A stretch of 64,000 nucleotides of DNA, taken from Camelus dromedarius. Lineage: Eukaryota. The DNA is taken from positions 27,714,001-27,778,000 of the forward strand of contig NC_087454.1 in NCBI RefSeq assembly GCF_036321535.1, given 5' to 3'. Below the pieces are notes generated by a model. It saw only the letters and a program-made list of their open reading frames with translations, was not told where the DNA came from and ran no database searches. The position numbers and the translations under genes were made by a program. Shown one piece after another: positions 49,380 to 60,521 of this stretch; positions within the stretch are counted from its first letter, which is position 1, and each line of letters begins with the position of its first letter.

Positions 49380-50560
49380 TTCCTTTCATTTATTCAACAA
49401 GTACGGATCTAGTGTCTTCAGTGTGTGTCAGGTACTGTGCCAGGCTCTAAGGACAAGCGACAAAACAGACATGGCCCCTGCCTCCAGGGAATCCATTTGA
49501 GCAGGGAGACATACACGGAAAACAAAACCAAAATCGTTATAGATTGTGGAGACATGCTAAGAGGGACACAAAGGGGTCTTTATTCCTTGAGGGGGGACGG
49601 CTGCCCTCATCACTGCTGCATCCTGCGCCTTTGTGCTCTTCCTCCCCCTCACCTCCGAAGATCTTGCCTGTCCTTCCGGCCTCCGTATCCTCTCTCCAGA
49701 TGACATTTATCCTTCCCTTCTACATTCACTCCTTCAACAAATATTTACTGAGCTACTGAGGGCAGGCGCTGAGTCAGATGCTGGGAGGCAGCAGAGTGTA
49801 ACAAAGCGGCTACATTCTCTGCCTTTACAGTCTAGTTGGGGGCCAGACAGCTCACAGACATTAGATGTGTAATGTCAGGTGTGAATCGGGGTCCTGAAAG
49901 GAAAGCCACAGTATCCTCGGGTTGGGTACTTTGAGGAAGGTTTAATAAAGTGATCACCTCCCGTGATGTGGGCAGGTGTAGTGGAACACAGCGTAGGTAG
50001 CTGGGCCTGGGTGAGTTATAGGGAGGGGAGGGAGCAGTCACCAGAGCTGGAGGGGGGCCTATATGAGGCCCTTCTGCCAAGAACCAGGGCCGTGGGTCAT
50101 CAAGGGGGCCAGGGGGCAGCAGCAAACCTGCAGGGGGAGTGCCAGTCCAGGGACAGATACCCTGACCTCCCTCTCCTCCCTCCCACCTCCCAGTATCCTG
50201 CCTGTTCTTTGTTGAACAGAAGCCAGAGGGCACAGGGCCTGTCCAAGCACGACACAGTAGCTGCCAGCCTCCCAGGGCCCGCGCAGGGTGAAGTGGAGAG
50301 TGAGCAGATCTGGACGGGCAGAGGAAAGGGGCTGGGTGCTTGGCAGGGGGTGCATTTTAGAAAAGGTGGGGAAGGAGAGCTGCCTGAGAAGGCCACCACG
50401 TGGAAAAGCGTTCCAGGGAGAGGGACAAGCAAGCACCTGGATGGAGGGGCCACGTGCATGGAGAGCGGTGGTAGTGGGACCAGGAGGGAGCAGGGCCTAC
50501 ACAGTGCAGAGCCTCCTGGACCCGAGTAAGGGCTTTAGGTGTTATTCGGAGCAAGATGGG
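49380..50560 (-). mobile_element. L2 fragments
   Basis: tttcatttattcaacaagtac...cattcactccttcaacaaatatttactgagc... Confidence 0.65.
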
Positions 50561-51759
50561 ACACGAGGGAGTGACAGGAGTTGACTTAGCTTATCAAAGG
50601 GGCATTCTGGCTGGACAGGATGAGAGACATCATTTTTCTTCAGTTATTTTCACTTTTCTGGCATTTAGCAAACACACTGACCAGGGAGGAAGTTAGTCCT
50701 GGCCCCAGGAGAGCCAGGGCGACAACTCCCTGCAGACTGAGCCCTGTACCAGGGAGAGGAAGAAACACAATCACACGGATAGGATAACTCCCTTTTCCCA
50801 GGGCGCTCGCAGTGTAGTCATGGAGACAAATAAACAGAGGGACCCACTGAACACGACTCACCAGGACAGAGGAACAGCTGTCAGTAGAGGGTTGAACTTG
50901 AGGACTTCAGGGAGAAGCCTGCGCTCAGGTCGGAATGGGGAGGTATGAGCAAGTGGAGCTTCTGAAAGAGGTGAGCAAGGGCCAGCGAGGGCCGAGGTGG
51001 CCTGAGGGAAGGCGGGAGGGCAGGTGGCCCAGCATCAGAGGGCCCGGGGGCACCTGACTGCCCCTGCGCAGCTCCTGAGGCTCCAGTGCCCTCCTGTACT
51101 GTCTCCTCTTGTGAGGCTACTTTGGTGTCGGCTGTAACCAGCCTCCTCCCTTGTAAAGCTGGCAGAGGTCCCCTCCGTGGCATTGGCCCTCAGATTGTAC
51201 CTCCCTGGGCAGGTTGGGTTTTGGAGCATGTCTACTGACTGTGAACCAGGGTTGCCCCAGGAAAGGGGTCAACTGAACTGGTGGGGTCCAGGGTTGGAAG
51301 GTGCTGCCCCAGCTACCTTTACCCAGGTGAGCTGTTGATGATCTGAGAGGCTTTTAAATAGAAGGGCCAGGGTCCTCAGAGGCTCTTAGAAGTGTCTGTG
51401 TGGGTCCAGGAGGAATGACCTGGGCTTTGTCAGTTGTTTGCCATCACAAAAGAACCCTGGGGCCCCAGATTCTAATTGCATTTCGTTGGGATTTTGTTAT
51501 GCATTCATTTATGAATTCTCTTCAACCACTCATCGTGGGTGTGCCATTCTTCTGTTCCACTCAGGCTCACACTGAAACAAGTGTTTAATTCTCTGAGCAT
51601 CACCTGACAGTGCTCAGACGCAAGTGGGGAGCCCTCGGCCCAAGGGTAACGATTTCCCATGGACACCCTGACTCCTGGAATCAAGCTCAAGGTATTCTTC
51701 CTCCTTTTGAAGCAGGTGGTTCTCCCTCATCTCCACTTTATGACCGATTTTTTCCCCCA

Positions 51760-52430
51760 CCTTACTAAGAAGTTATTCAATTTTGAATGGATAATATAAG
51801 CACATGGTATAACATTTAAAAGACAGAAAAAGATACAAGTGAAACTAAGCACCGCCCCCCACCCCCGTCTCCCAGACTCCCAGTTCTCTTCCTGGAGGCC
51901 ACCAGTATGTCAGGATCAGAATTGTCGTGTGCATTCTTCAGCAAATAGTCTACGCATCAGACACAAGTGCCTGTATGTACTTTCTTCCCCTTTTAAATGA
52001 TGGTAGATATGTATATACTATCTATGCTTCCCCCCACCTCTCTGTGTATTTGGGTGATGGTCCCATGCTAATACTAAAAATCTTCCTCATCCTGTTTCAT
52101 GGCTGCACTGTTCCATTGTAATAGCTCTACCGTAGCTGACTATCTTAACTCATTCCCAGTGGATGGATGCTTAGGTGGCATCCAGCCTTCTGCTATTTCA
52201 GGAGTCAGTGTGGCGAGTGGCTCTGTGCCAGAGTCATTTCCCTGCACGTGCCCACCAGCTGTGGGCAGACGTGCCCTGTTCTTCTCACAAGATGTATCAA
52301 CTTACACTCTCGCCTCAGTGCCTGTTTGCTTGCACTTTTGCCACCTCAGGGTCTCCCAACTTGCTGAACTTTGCCAATCTGATGGGTAGAAAATGGTTTC
52401 TTGCCGTGGTTTTGTTTGAGTGGAGTTGAG
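51760..52430 (-). mobile_element. Ancient L1ME-like fragment
   Basis: actcccagttctcttcctggaggccacc...ttcccagtggatggatgcttaggtggcatccag...tttgccaatctgatgggtagaaaatggtttc. Confidence 0.6.
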
Positions 52431-53650
52431 TGGAGGGGTGACTGCTTTTGGAGCCTGGAAGGTCTGCAGTCAGTCCTGCCACTCAGTTGTCTGCAAGTGA
52501 CTGGACTGCTCTGAGTCTCACCCTCCTCTTCTGTGATGTGTGGGCGAGTAACACCTCAAAGGGGCGCTACTGAGACATGCGATATTAGAGACGACTTATG
52601 TGACTCAGGGCTGGGACTGGCATTACTCTCCCAGGTGAGGTGCCTCCCTCCCCACAGAGATGGGGTCACCTGGGGTGGGGGGACAGGGGCTGGGCTGTGG
52701 ACCCAGCACCTCTCCTGAGGGTGAGAGTGAGCCCTGGAGCAGGGGGTGGTAGTGAGCATCTGGGCTGCCCCTTCACTGCTTCACAGATGCCGAGGGGGCG
52801 GGAGAGGAAAGGGGGAAGCCGAAGCGCTGTGTTCTTGGCCTTCATGGTTTCAGATGTTGGCACGGGTGAGCTTGTAGCTCTACCCTCTTTTGAAAGTGTA
52901 CATGGGTACCTTCCCCAGGAGAGCTCCGCCGAGAAATCTCCTGGGTCCCATGGAGGCAGAGATTTCTAGGGCACAGAAGACAGCCAAGCTGAGCAGGCTT
53001 CTGCTCCGGGGACCCCAGGGCCTCCCTCCCTCAACCGCCCAGGAGCCCTGCCCGTGCCTCCCGGGCCCACGCCCTGCAGGAGCTTCTGTCCAGCCATCAG
53101 TCCTGCCACTGTCCTGTCCTGCTGTCACTGCCACCTTGTTGCCTCCACACCTCGGCTTCTTCCCTCCAATGTATTCAGAAAGAAAGCCCATTGTTACATA
53201 CATAGGAGTGGGAACTAACAGTTAAAAGACCCCATCCCTTCAGGAAACTAAGGCCGAACTCATATGGAGGGACGAGCCCAAGGGCCCAGAGCTACTGGTA
53301 ACGTCCTCGGTGAGTCTCCCTGGAGGTGCGGTGGGGAGCGGGGGGCGCAGCACAGGCAGCCTTGGGACCCCAGGTCAGCACCTGCTTTCAGCCCCAGCTT
53401 TCTCATTGGGAACCTTGTTGGTGAAGTTACTTTGACTGAAAAACTTTGGGGAAAAGATTTTAGAGTCGAATAAATGTAAAAATTTCAGGAAATAAAGAGC
53501 AAAATATCCACGAAAAGTAAAGCCTCAAATAAATTTTGCTTTTTCAGGAGGAGCTTCAAACTTTTCTCCTAAAGCTTGAGGAGGTGGGAGGGCAAGTTAG
53601 TTTGCTCTTCACTTTGCTGATTGGAAATCTTGGTGGAAAAATATTAGAAG

Positions 53651-54136
53651 TGTTGCAGAAAAAAATGTGTGACAGCTCAGTGTTATAGCTCAGTTGTGAC
53701 AGCAACCTTTACCCAGGCGAGAGACCAAGCAGCCCTCGGAGAGTTGGAGAACTCAGGTTTATTACAACAGTGGGCCCAGAGAAATTAACACTCCAAGCTC
53801 TGGAGCCCCTCTGTAGGTTTACACAGGCTTTTATAGGCTGCCAGTTTACACTTTGCAACATTATATGCAAATAAGGTGTAACAATAGTTGACTAATTAGG
53901 AACAAGCTTTGTAGAAATGGACCAATCAGGAGTGAGGGAAATAACCAATCAGGAGTGAGGGAAATAACCAATCAGGAGTGAACTCAGGGAACCAATAGAG
54001 TTTAGGGGTAAGTAAGCCTTTTCAGAGGCAAAAAGTGAGATAGAGCCTCAGGGCCAGGGAACTGGGTGGTGCTGTCAGGAGAGTAGTGGCCCTGCCTGCG
54101 GGTCCTGCCAGTCTTTTTATGGGGCTTCCTGCCTCA
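53651..54136 (-). mobile_element. Solo LTR (ERV1-like, 486 bp)
   Basis: Minus strand runs TGAGG...GCAACA with a 4-bp TSD GAAG (53647-53650 and 54137-54140). U3-R-U5 motif order is preserved: CCAAT repeats 53921-53998, TATAAAA 53835-53829, AATAAA 53763-53758. Confidence 0.9.
53921..53981 (+). repeat. 23-bp tandem repeat (accaatcaggagtgagggaaata) x2.6 inside the solo LTR
   Basis: Exact units at 53921-53943 and 53944-53966, partial third unit; each carries a CCAAT box. Confidence 0.95.
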
Positions 54137-54504
54137 GAAGGACTAGTCTAGTCAATGTTTCTGCCATTAACTTTGTGATCACGAGCTAGTTCCTTTTTTT
54201 AAAAAATTAATTTTTTGTTTATTTTTAATGATGTATATAGTTGATTTACAATATCATGTTAGTTTCAGGTATACAACAAAGTGATTCAGTTATATATATA
54301 TATATTTTTAGATTATTTTCCATTATGGGTTATTATAAGATATGAATATAGTTCCCTGTGCTAGACAGTAAATCCTTGTTGCTTATCTATTTTATGTACA
54401 GTAGTTTGTAGTTGTTAATCCCATACTCTTAATTTATTCCTCCCTTCCCTCTCCCCTTTGGTAACCATAAGTTTGTTTTCTGTCTGAGTCTGTTTCTATT
54501 TTGT

Positions 54505-54600
54505 TTATCTATTAATTTTTTAAATGGAGGTCCTGGGGATTGAACCCAGGACCTTGTGCATGCTAGACATACACTATCACTGAGCTATACCCTCCACCTC
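54505..54600 (-). mobile_element. tRNA-Ala-derived SINE (vic-1-like, short tail) nested in L1
   Basis: TSD ctattttgt at 54496-54504 and 54601-54609. Confidence 0.9.
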
Positions 54601-54713
54601 CTATTTTGTATTTAGATTCATTTGTATTATTTTTTTAGATTCCACATATAAGTGATATCATATAATATTTGTCTTTGCCTAACTTACTTCACTTAGTATG
54701 ATAACCTCTGGGT

Positions 54714-54844
54714 NNNNNNNNNNNNNNNNNNNNNNNNNNNNNNNNNNNNNNNNNNNNNNNNNNNNNNNNNNNNNNNNNNNNNNNNNNNNNNNNNNNNNNN
54801 NNNNNNNNNNNNNNNNNNNNNNNNNNNNNNNNNNNNNNNNNNNN
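54714..54844. other. N-run (131 nt)
   Basis: Directly visible. Confidence 1.
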
Positions 54845-55129
54845 GTTGTAAATAGTACTGCTGTGAACATTGGGGTGCATGTAACTTTTCGAATTAGAGT
54901 TTTCATCTTTTACAGATACATGCTGGAGTGTGATTGCTGGATCATATGGTAATGAGCTAGTTCCTTTCTTGTATTTCTTGTTATCCTACAATGGATTAGA
55001 GGCAGATTATAACAAGAACAATAAATGATAAAAAATACATATATAAAATTAAAAAGTAGTACCAGAGGAAAGTAGACATTGAATAAATCATTTGGGGGTG
55101 AGGAGGAGGAGGGCCAGGATAAACAAATA

Positions 55130-55404
55130 AATATATTGTACATCAGATGGTGATAAGTGCTGAAGAGGAAAACAATAAAACATGGTAATGAGGATAGAGA
55201 ATATGAAGGAGAAAGGGTATTACCCTTTTATGGAGTATTTAGGGAAGGCCTGTCTTCTCTAAGAGGGTAATATTTGAATTGAGATCAGATAGCTGGAAAA
55301 GAGCATTCAGTGACAAAGGAACAGCAAATGCAAAGGCCCTGAGGCAGGAGTGGGCTTAGCATGTTAAGGAGCACAGTGTGGCCCACATGGAGTGGTAGGG
55401 GACA
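55130..55404 (-). mobile_element. L2 fragment interrupted by the provirus; continues at about 60522-60600
   Basis: aggaacagcaaatgcaaaggccctgaggcagga...ggagtggtaggggaca | gacagagtggcaggaatgaggtcagagg. Confidence 0.6.
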
Positions 55405-55848
55405 TGTAACAGAGCAGGACCTATGGGGTCTTCCCGGGACAGACCCCTCCCCCATACCCTCTGCTGTATCTCCTCTCTGGAGTACCCAGATAATGGTATC
55501 TCATGCATATTTCCTGAGTTTTTCAGATGCTAAAAACCAACACCAAGTGGAAGAAATTAACTACTTGATGATCATGTAGACCTCAGACCTTCTGGTGCCT
55601 GAGTAGTGATCATTATAAACCAATCAGAGAATTGTGCACAGCTGATCCTATACCCTGGGCTGCCCCTCCCTTACGTGGACTTAAAAATGCTCAGCTGAAA
55701 CCGTTCAGGGAGTTCGGGGCTTTTTGGGCACGAGCCACTCGTTCTCCTTGCGTGGCCCATCAATAAACCTTTCTCTCCTCCAAACTCCAACCTTTCGATT
55801 TGTTTGGCCTCACTCTACATCAGACACAGGAACTTGCCTTGGGTAACA
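55405..55848 (+). mobile_element. 5' LTR of the provirus (444 bp)
   Basis: tgtaacagagcagg...gggtaaca; retains CCAAT (about 55620) and AATAAA (55762-55767). Confidence 0.92.
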
Positions 55849-55852
55849 ATTC

Positions 55853-55874
55853 TGATGAAGCCAGCTTAGGAGTC
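55853..55874 (+). promoter_or_regulatory. Degenerate primer-binding site resembling tRNA-Arg(ACG) PBS
   Basis: TGATGAAGCCAGCTTAGGAGTC versus expected TGGCGAGCCAGCCAGGAGTC; begins 4 nt after the LTR end. Confidence 0.5.
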
Positions 55875-57641
55875 TGCCTGTGGCAGGTCCACCTTGGCTG
55901 GAGGCAGCCCCTTCCCAGGGTCCCCAGCAGCTGCTGGAGCTCACTTTGCTTCAGGGACCTGGGAGGCTCTCCCCTGACAAGCACCGGCTGCCCAGGCATG
56001 AGGCTGTTTGGGGCTGAGAAAGGTCTGGAGCTGCATCCACACTCAGTGTTGCTTGTGGGTGAGTCCCTCCAGCTTGCTCATGCAGGCTGGGAATTTTCTC
56101 TACTCCATCTGGGCTCATTCCCTTGCAGGAAGTGAGCCATTCTGGGTGCACTGGGAACCAGTCTGGGTCCATTCTCCTTCGGGAGCCAGGACACTCTGGA
56201 AGCCTCCATCTGGGAGTGGAAATGGAATTTTGGGGCTACATCTCATCTGATCTTTTGTTTGTAGGACGATGTTTGCTGTGTATGTGTGTGTATCAGTACT
56301 GGCATTGGCCAGTTGAAAGGTCTTTGGTGGGTAACAAGTGCTCACGTGTGACGACACCAGAGTATCCTTTCATTGCATTGAATTCGCCTGGTTGGTGGAG
56401 CACTGGCTGAGATTTTCCCTTTCTAGCCTTGGTCATTCGTTCAGCTTCATCTCTGATGGGGCATTGGTTGGGGTTCTCCCCTTTTGGACTGACAGGGCAT
56501 TGGTTGGGAATCCCCTTTTGGGGGCTAGGGAGCTGTGATCCTGAGAGACTGTTTTGAATTGTATTTGGTTGATATTTGACAACATTGGCTGTGAATAATA
56601 ATTAAAAATATGAATGATCAGAACGCTGTTTCATCTTACAGTCCCCCTAGGATATATTTTGCAAAACTGTGAGATCTTCATCTATGCTTCCATAAATGAA
56701 AGAAAATATGTTTTATTGTAACACTGTGTGGGCTCAGTACTCCCTGAGATCTTGAGAACAATGGCCCTAATGGCTCTGCTGTGATATCAAAGTGGGCCTT
56801 CTGCAGTTTGGCTTTTATCTTGGGTGTGTGAGTGTCTTGGTACCTGAGTCCAAAGGGTTTTGCTGAAAGTGAGGCATGTGAATAAAACACACACACATTG
56901 TCTACTTGGGAACTTGAAAAAAAAAAAAAAAAAAAGCCTGAAAATAGCCTAGATGGTTGGGTTTTGTAAAAGCAGTTGGAGGAGGAACTTGCATTCCTCT
57001 TCCTGTGCCTTTAAGACATAGATGATCTACCTGGGCTCTCAAGGAAAAAAGAAAAAAGAGTTTTTTTCTAAATTCAAGCAGTAAACTATGAGATGTCTGG
57101 TTCTGTCTGTCTTTACTTAAAATTAACTTGTAAATGACCTCTATTTAATTGACTTAAAAGTAAGTGCTTACAAATTAAACACTTCTAAGTATAAAAGAAG
57201 CTGGATAGAACACATTTCAGGCTGATGTGATTTAGGAAATCTTCAATATTGAGTTGATATCTGATATTAAAGCTAGCTTAAGCTTGTTGGTATACTCAAT
57301 ACAGACACGGCTTTTATTGTACCTAGGTTTACTGAAGGTCAATAAGTTCTTGTTTCTGTTGCAGTTTGTCAGCAGAAAGAAAACAATTATCTTGGTATAA
57401 TGAAATTTTTATGGGTGAATTGAATGCAGGGGAGAGGAGCTTTTGGGTGAACTCTTTGGAAATGATTATGTTTTGGGAATGTCTACTTAAACGTGATCTC
57501 TCTGGCTATTTGGTGACTTGACATTTTGGACTTGTGCTAGATTATGTTAGATGATTAAAGTTTAATGAGTAGTTGAATAAATCAGTCATTCCCAAACAAA
57601 ATAAGATACTGAAATGTTCAATAGAAGTTAAGAGTTTTAAG

Positions 57642-57775
57642 TGGCTCACAGGGAAAGAGTGACAATGAATATATGTATATTCATGTATAACTGAAAAATT
57701 GTGCTCTACACTGGAATTTGACACAACATTGTAAAATGACTATAACTCAATAAAAAATGTTTATATATATGAAAA
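57642..57775 (+). mobile_element. Short L1 3' tail (about 135 nt) nested in the provirus
   Basis: gtgacaatgaatatatgtatattcatgtataactgaaaaattgtgctctacactgg...ctcaataaaaaatgttt; agttttaag flanks both sides. Confidence 0.85.
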
Positions 57776-59580
57776 AGTTTTAAGAGTTGAGGATTCTAAT
57801 ATAAATATGTAATTAAGGCTACTAGAAGTAATAAAAGAAACATTTGGTATATAGTAGGAGAGTGGGATATATGTTTGAGTTAAAAAAAAAAGAAAAGAAA
57901 AGAAAGGTGTGAGGAATGGAATTACATTTTGTTAAGGATTTGGTCCTGGAGCTGGTTGTTTCTAGATGGGGAAAAAATAAGGGACAAACTAACGGATATG
58001 GAAAATTGTGGAAGGTTTGTAGAAGGGGAGCCTTAAAAAAGAGTTCTGTGCATGGTCAGGCTGAGATTAGATCAAGCTTAGTTAGGCAAATGAACTTTGT
58101 TGTTGGAAGTGGGCTGGCGCAGGACTGGATTTGGTTCTTCTCTGTTAAGAGAACAAGTTTACTTAGAATGCCGCTGACGACAGATTGTGTGACACTTTTT
58201 GCTATTTTTGACAACTTCGTATCAAGTTCTAATTAAAGTCCTTTTGACTTCACCTGGCTTTGGGATGCCTCAGAGGGCCCATGAGACATCTCAGAAAGAA
58301 ATATTAAACTAACTGGAATTGACTGGTATGTTGAATTACGTGGGAAGCATTGTCAAAGGAGTGATAAACCTCTTCAGATTATATGGGATGGATAAATGTT
58401 GTTCGTAGAGATATTCCAGAAATTATGTGGAGTTTCTAAAATCTGGACATGCCCTGGTGTAATGCTATCAGTCATGATTCTAGTTTTTAACATATGTCAC
58501 AGCAATCTGATTAAGCTTTTTGTCAAAAACATTATAATTGGATCTTTTGCCTTGCCTTTTTGGGTCTTCCATCACTCATGGACAGGTAAGCTGATGCTTG
58601 GCAAAACTGCTTTATCTTCAAGAAGATTCATAAAAAGGATTTTTGAACAAGTACAGGTTTCTTGTAAATCATACTGCTGAGCAGTGTAGGATATTTAAGA
58701 AGTCTAGTGAAAACTCTGATTTCATAAAACTGTTGGTAAAATGGATTGATTGCTTAGGACTGAGTGAACTGATGAGTATGGTTATAATTTTTTGGTTGTC
58801 TGAAGTATTACTGGCTTTTAATCTGTTTTCTAATTGAACTGTTTACCAAATACTTATCTCTGCATCAGTATTGCCCCCAGTGTTTAGGATAGAGAATTCT
58901 CTAATGGAGCTGTCACAGAGCGTAACTACTCTGCTTTGAGTCAATTGCTAGAAGCACATGTGCTTGTGTAACAATTGGGTGTAAGTGACAAAATGTATGG
59001 CCTATAAAATGTTTCCCCACTAACATACCCCTGAGCCTGTTACGACATCTGATTAGCTTCCCCAACATGGATAACTAGGCAGACGCAAAGGAGGCCTCGC
59101 ACCGGGGGACATGATCTCAGCCGGGGGCAGGAGCCATCCCCCTGCCGCATCAAGGGACAGGTATTTTGATCATCAGTGTTTTCTATTGAAAGATTTGTAA
59201 TCAAAAGGGGAAATGATGGAAAAATCTGTACATATTGTGGTATGGGAAGTCATTCTGGCCTGTGCATGGTTTGACTCAAACTTTACTGACCAAAGCGGCC
59301 TGCTGCGTGGCCTTTGGGACTTGCATTGTACATCTTGTTTGGCCTTGAGGAGGGGGATGCATTTGAAAGTCTAAATGGAGTAGCTGTGGTTCAGATATCC
59401 AAGGTAAAACGAGGTGGCCATTGCAGATGTGATTTCAGACGTGTTCCTGGGTTGTTGAGAACTCGGATTTTCTGAGCTGTGTCAGACTCAGGACACCACT
59501 AGCCATTCTCAAAGCGGTGTTGCTGGCAGATGGCAGCTGCAACCTTCTGACCTCAAGGTCTCCTCTTGTAACTTAAATTT

Positions 59581-59760
59581 TTACACAATAAAATTACTTT
59601 AGATCAGGTGTTAGCAGAAAAAAGGAGATGTGTAGTGGGCAATGGCTCTTGTTATACAAATGTTAACACCACATTGAAAGTTAAACCTACTCAGATAAAA
59701 ATAGACAGCTGGCTGCAAGTGTCCCCCACAGTGCCAGGTCCAGACTGGTGTTCAGCTTAG
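59581..59760 (+). pseudogene. Retroviral env TM-subunit remnant (immunosuppressive-domain-like region and CX6C motif)
   Basis: Frame from 59581 reads LHNKITLDQVLAEKRRCVVGNGSCYTNVNTTLKV, matching the class I env pattern L-x-NR-x-ALD-x-LLAE-x-GG-x-C-x6-CC-x-Y-x-N; stop at about 59758. Confidence 0.75.
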
Positions 59761-60069
59761 TCTCCTGAATTCCCCAGGGAATGAGATCTAACGATAGAAG
59801 ACTCAGATCCAGGACTTGGAACTCGGGAATATTTCCGACTCAGTGTCCTTTCCCCAGATCGAGGTGGCCCACACGCCACGTTTCAGCAGGAAGCAGCCCG
59901 AGCGGTCATCGCCCGGTTCCCTGAGAGACTGAGGGAGGGATGGAACGGGATTAGAGGGTGAAACCGAGTTCCTCTGCTGAGTTCATGTCTGACCTGTCCA
60001 AATACTGTTCCCCTGCTTGTCCAACCGGTTCTCCTCAAGATCAAGGAGTATCAAAGAAAAAGGGGTAAT

Positions 60070-60521
60070 TGTAACCCAGCAGAACCCTGTGGGGACTTCC
60101 CAGGACAGTCCCCTCCCAGTACCCTCTGCTGTAGTTCCTCTCTGAAGTACCCAGATAATATCTCATGCATATTTTCTGAGTTCTTCAGATGCTAAAAACA
60201 AACCAAAAAACCCCACCAAATGGAAGAAGTTAACTTGATGATCTTGAGCACATAGCCCCCGGACCTTCTGGTGCCTAAGGGTTGATCACCATCAACCAGT
60301 CAGAGAATTGTGCACAGCTGATCACGTTCCCTGGGCCGCCCCTCCCTTCCCAGGCCTTAAAAATGCTCAGCTGAAACCGTTCAGAGTTCTCGGGGCTTTT
60401 GGGGGCATGAGTCGCTCGTTCTCCTTGTGGGCCCAGCAACAAACCTCTGCTCCAAGCTTCTACCTTTCGGTATTGTTTGGCCTCACTCTGCAGCAGGCAC
60501 AGGAGCTTGCGTTGAGTAACA
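60070..60521 (+). mobile_element. 3' LTR of the provirus (452 bp)
   Basis: tgtaacccagcag...gagtaaca; colinear with the 5' LTR; preceded by the PPT aaagaaaaagggg. Confidence 0.92.

Larger units (their letters stand above)
54197..54953 (-). mobile_element. 5'-truncated L1 (3' UTR plus ORF2 C-terminal remnant) with a nested SINE
   Basis: TSD gagctagttccttt at 54183-54196 and 54954-54967. Minus-strand ORF MKTLIRKVTCTPMFTAVLFT...PEVIILSEVS is the L1 ORF2p C-terminus. Confidence 0.92.
55405..60521 (+). mobile_element. Two-LTR class I (ERV1-like) provirus, degenerate and probably non-autonomous, 5117 bp
   Basis: Homologous LTRs with TG...CA ends. GACA flanks both sides (55401-55404 and 60522-60525). 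PBS-like sequence follows the 5' LTR, a purine tract precedes the 3' LTR, and an env TM remnant is present. No long ORF. Confidence 0.92.

Noticed and set aside
45600-53600. A further alternative terminal TAF8 exon, which I recall from other mammals
   Set aside because: I could not locate a convincing acceptor and frame by eye, and my recollection is uncertain.
54679-54906. ORFs resembling L1 ORF2p C-terminus (also 30259-30471)
   Set aside because: Short remnants of truncated L1 copies, not genes.
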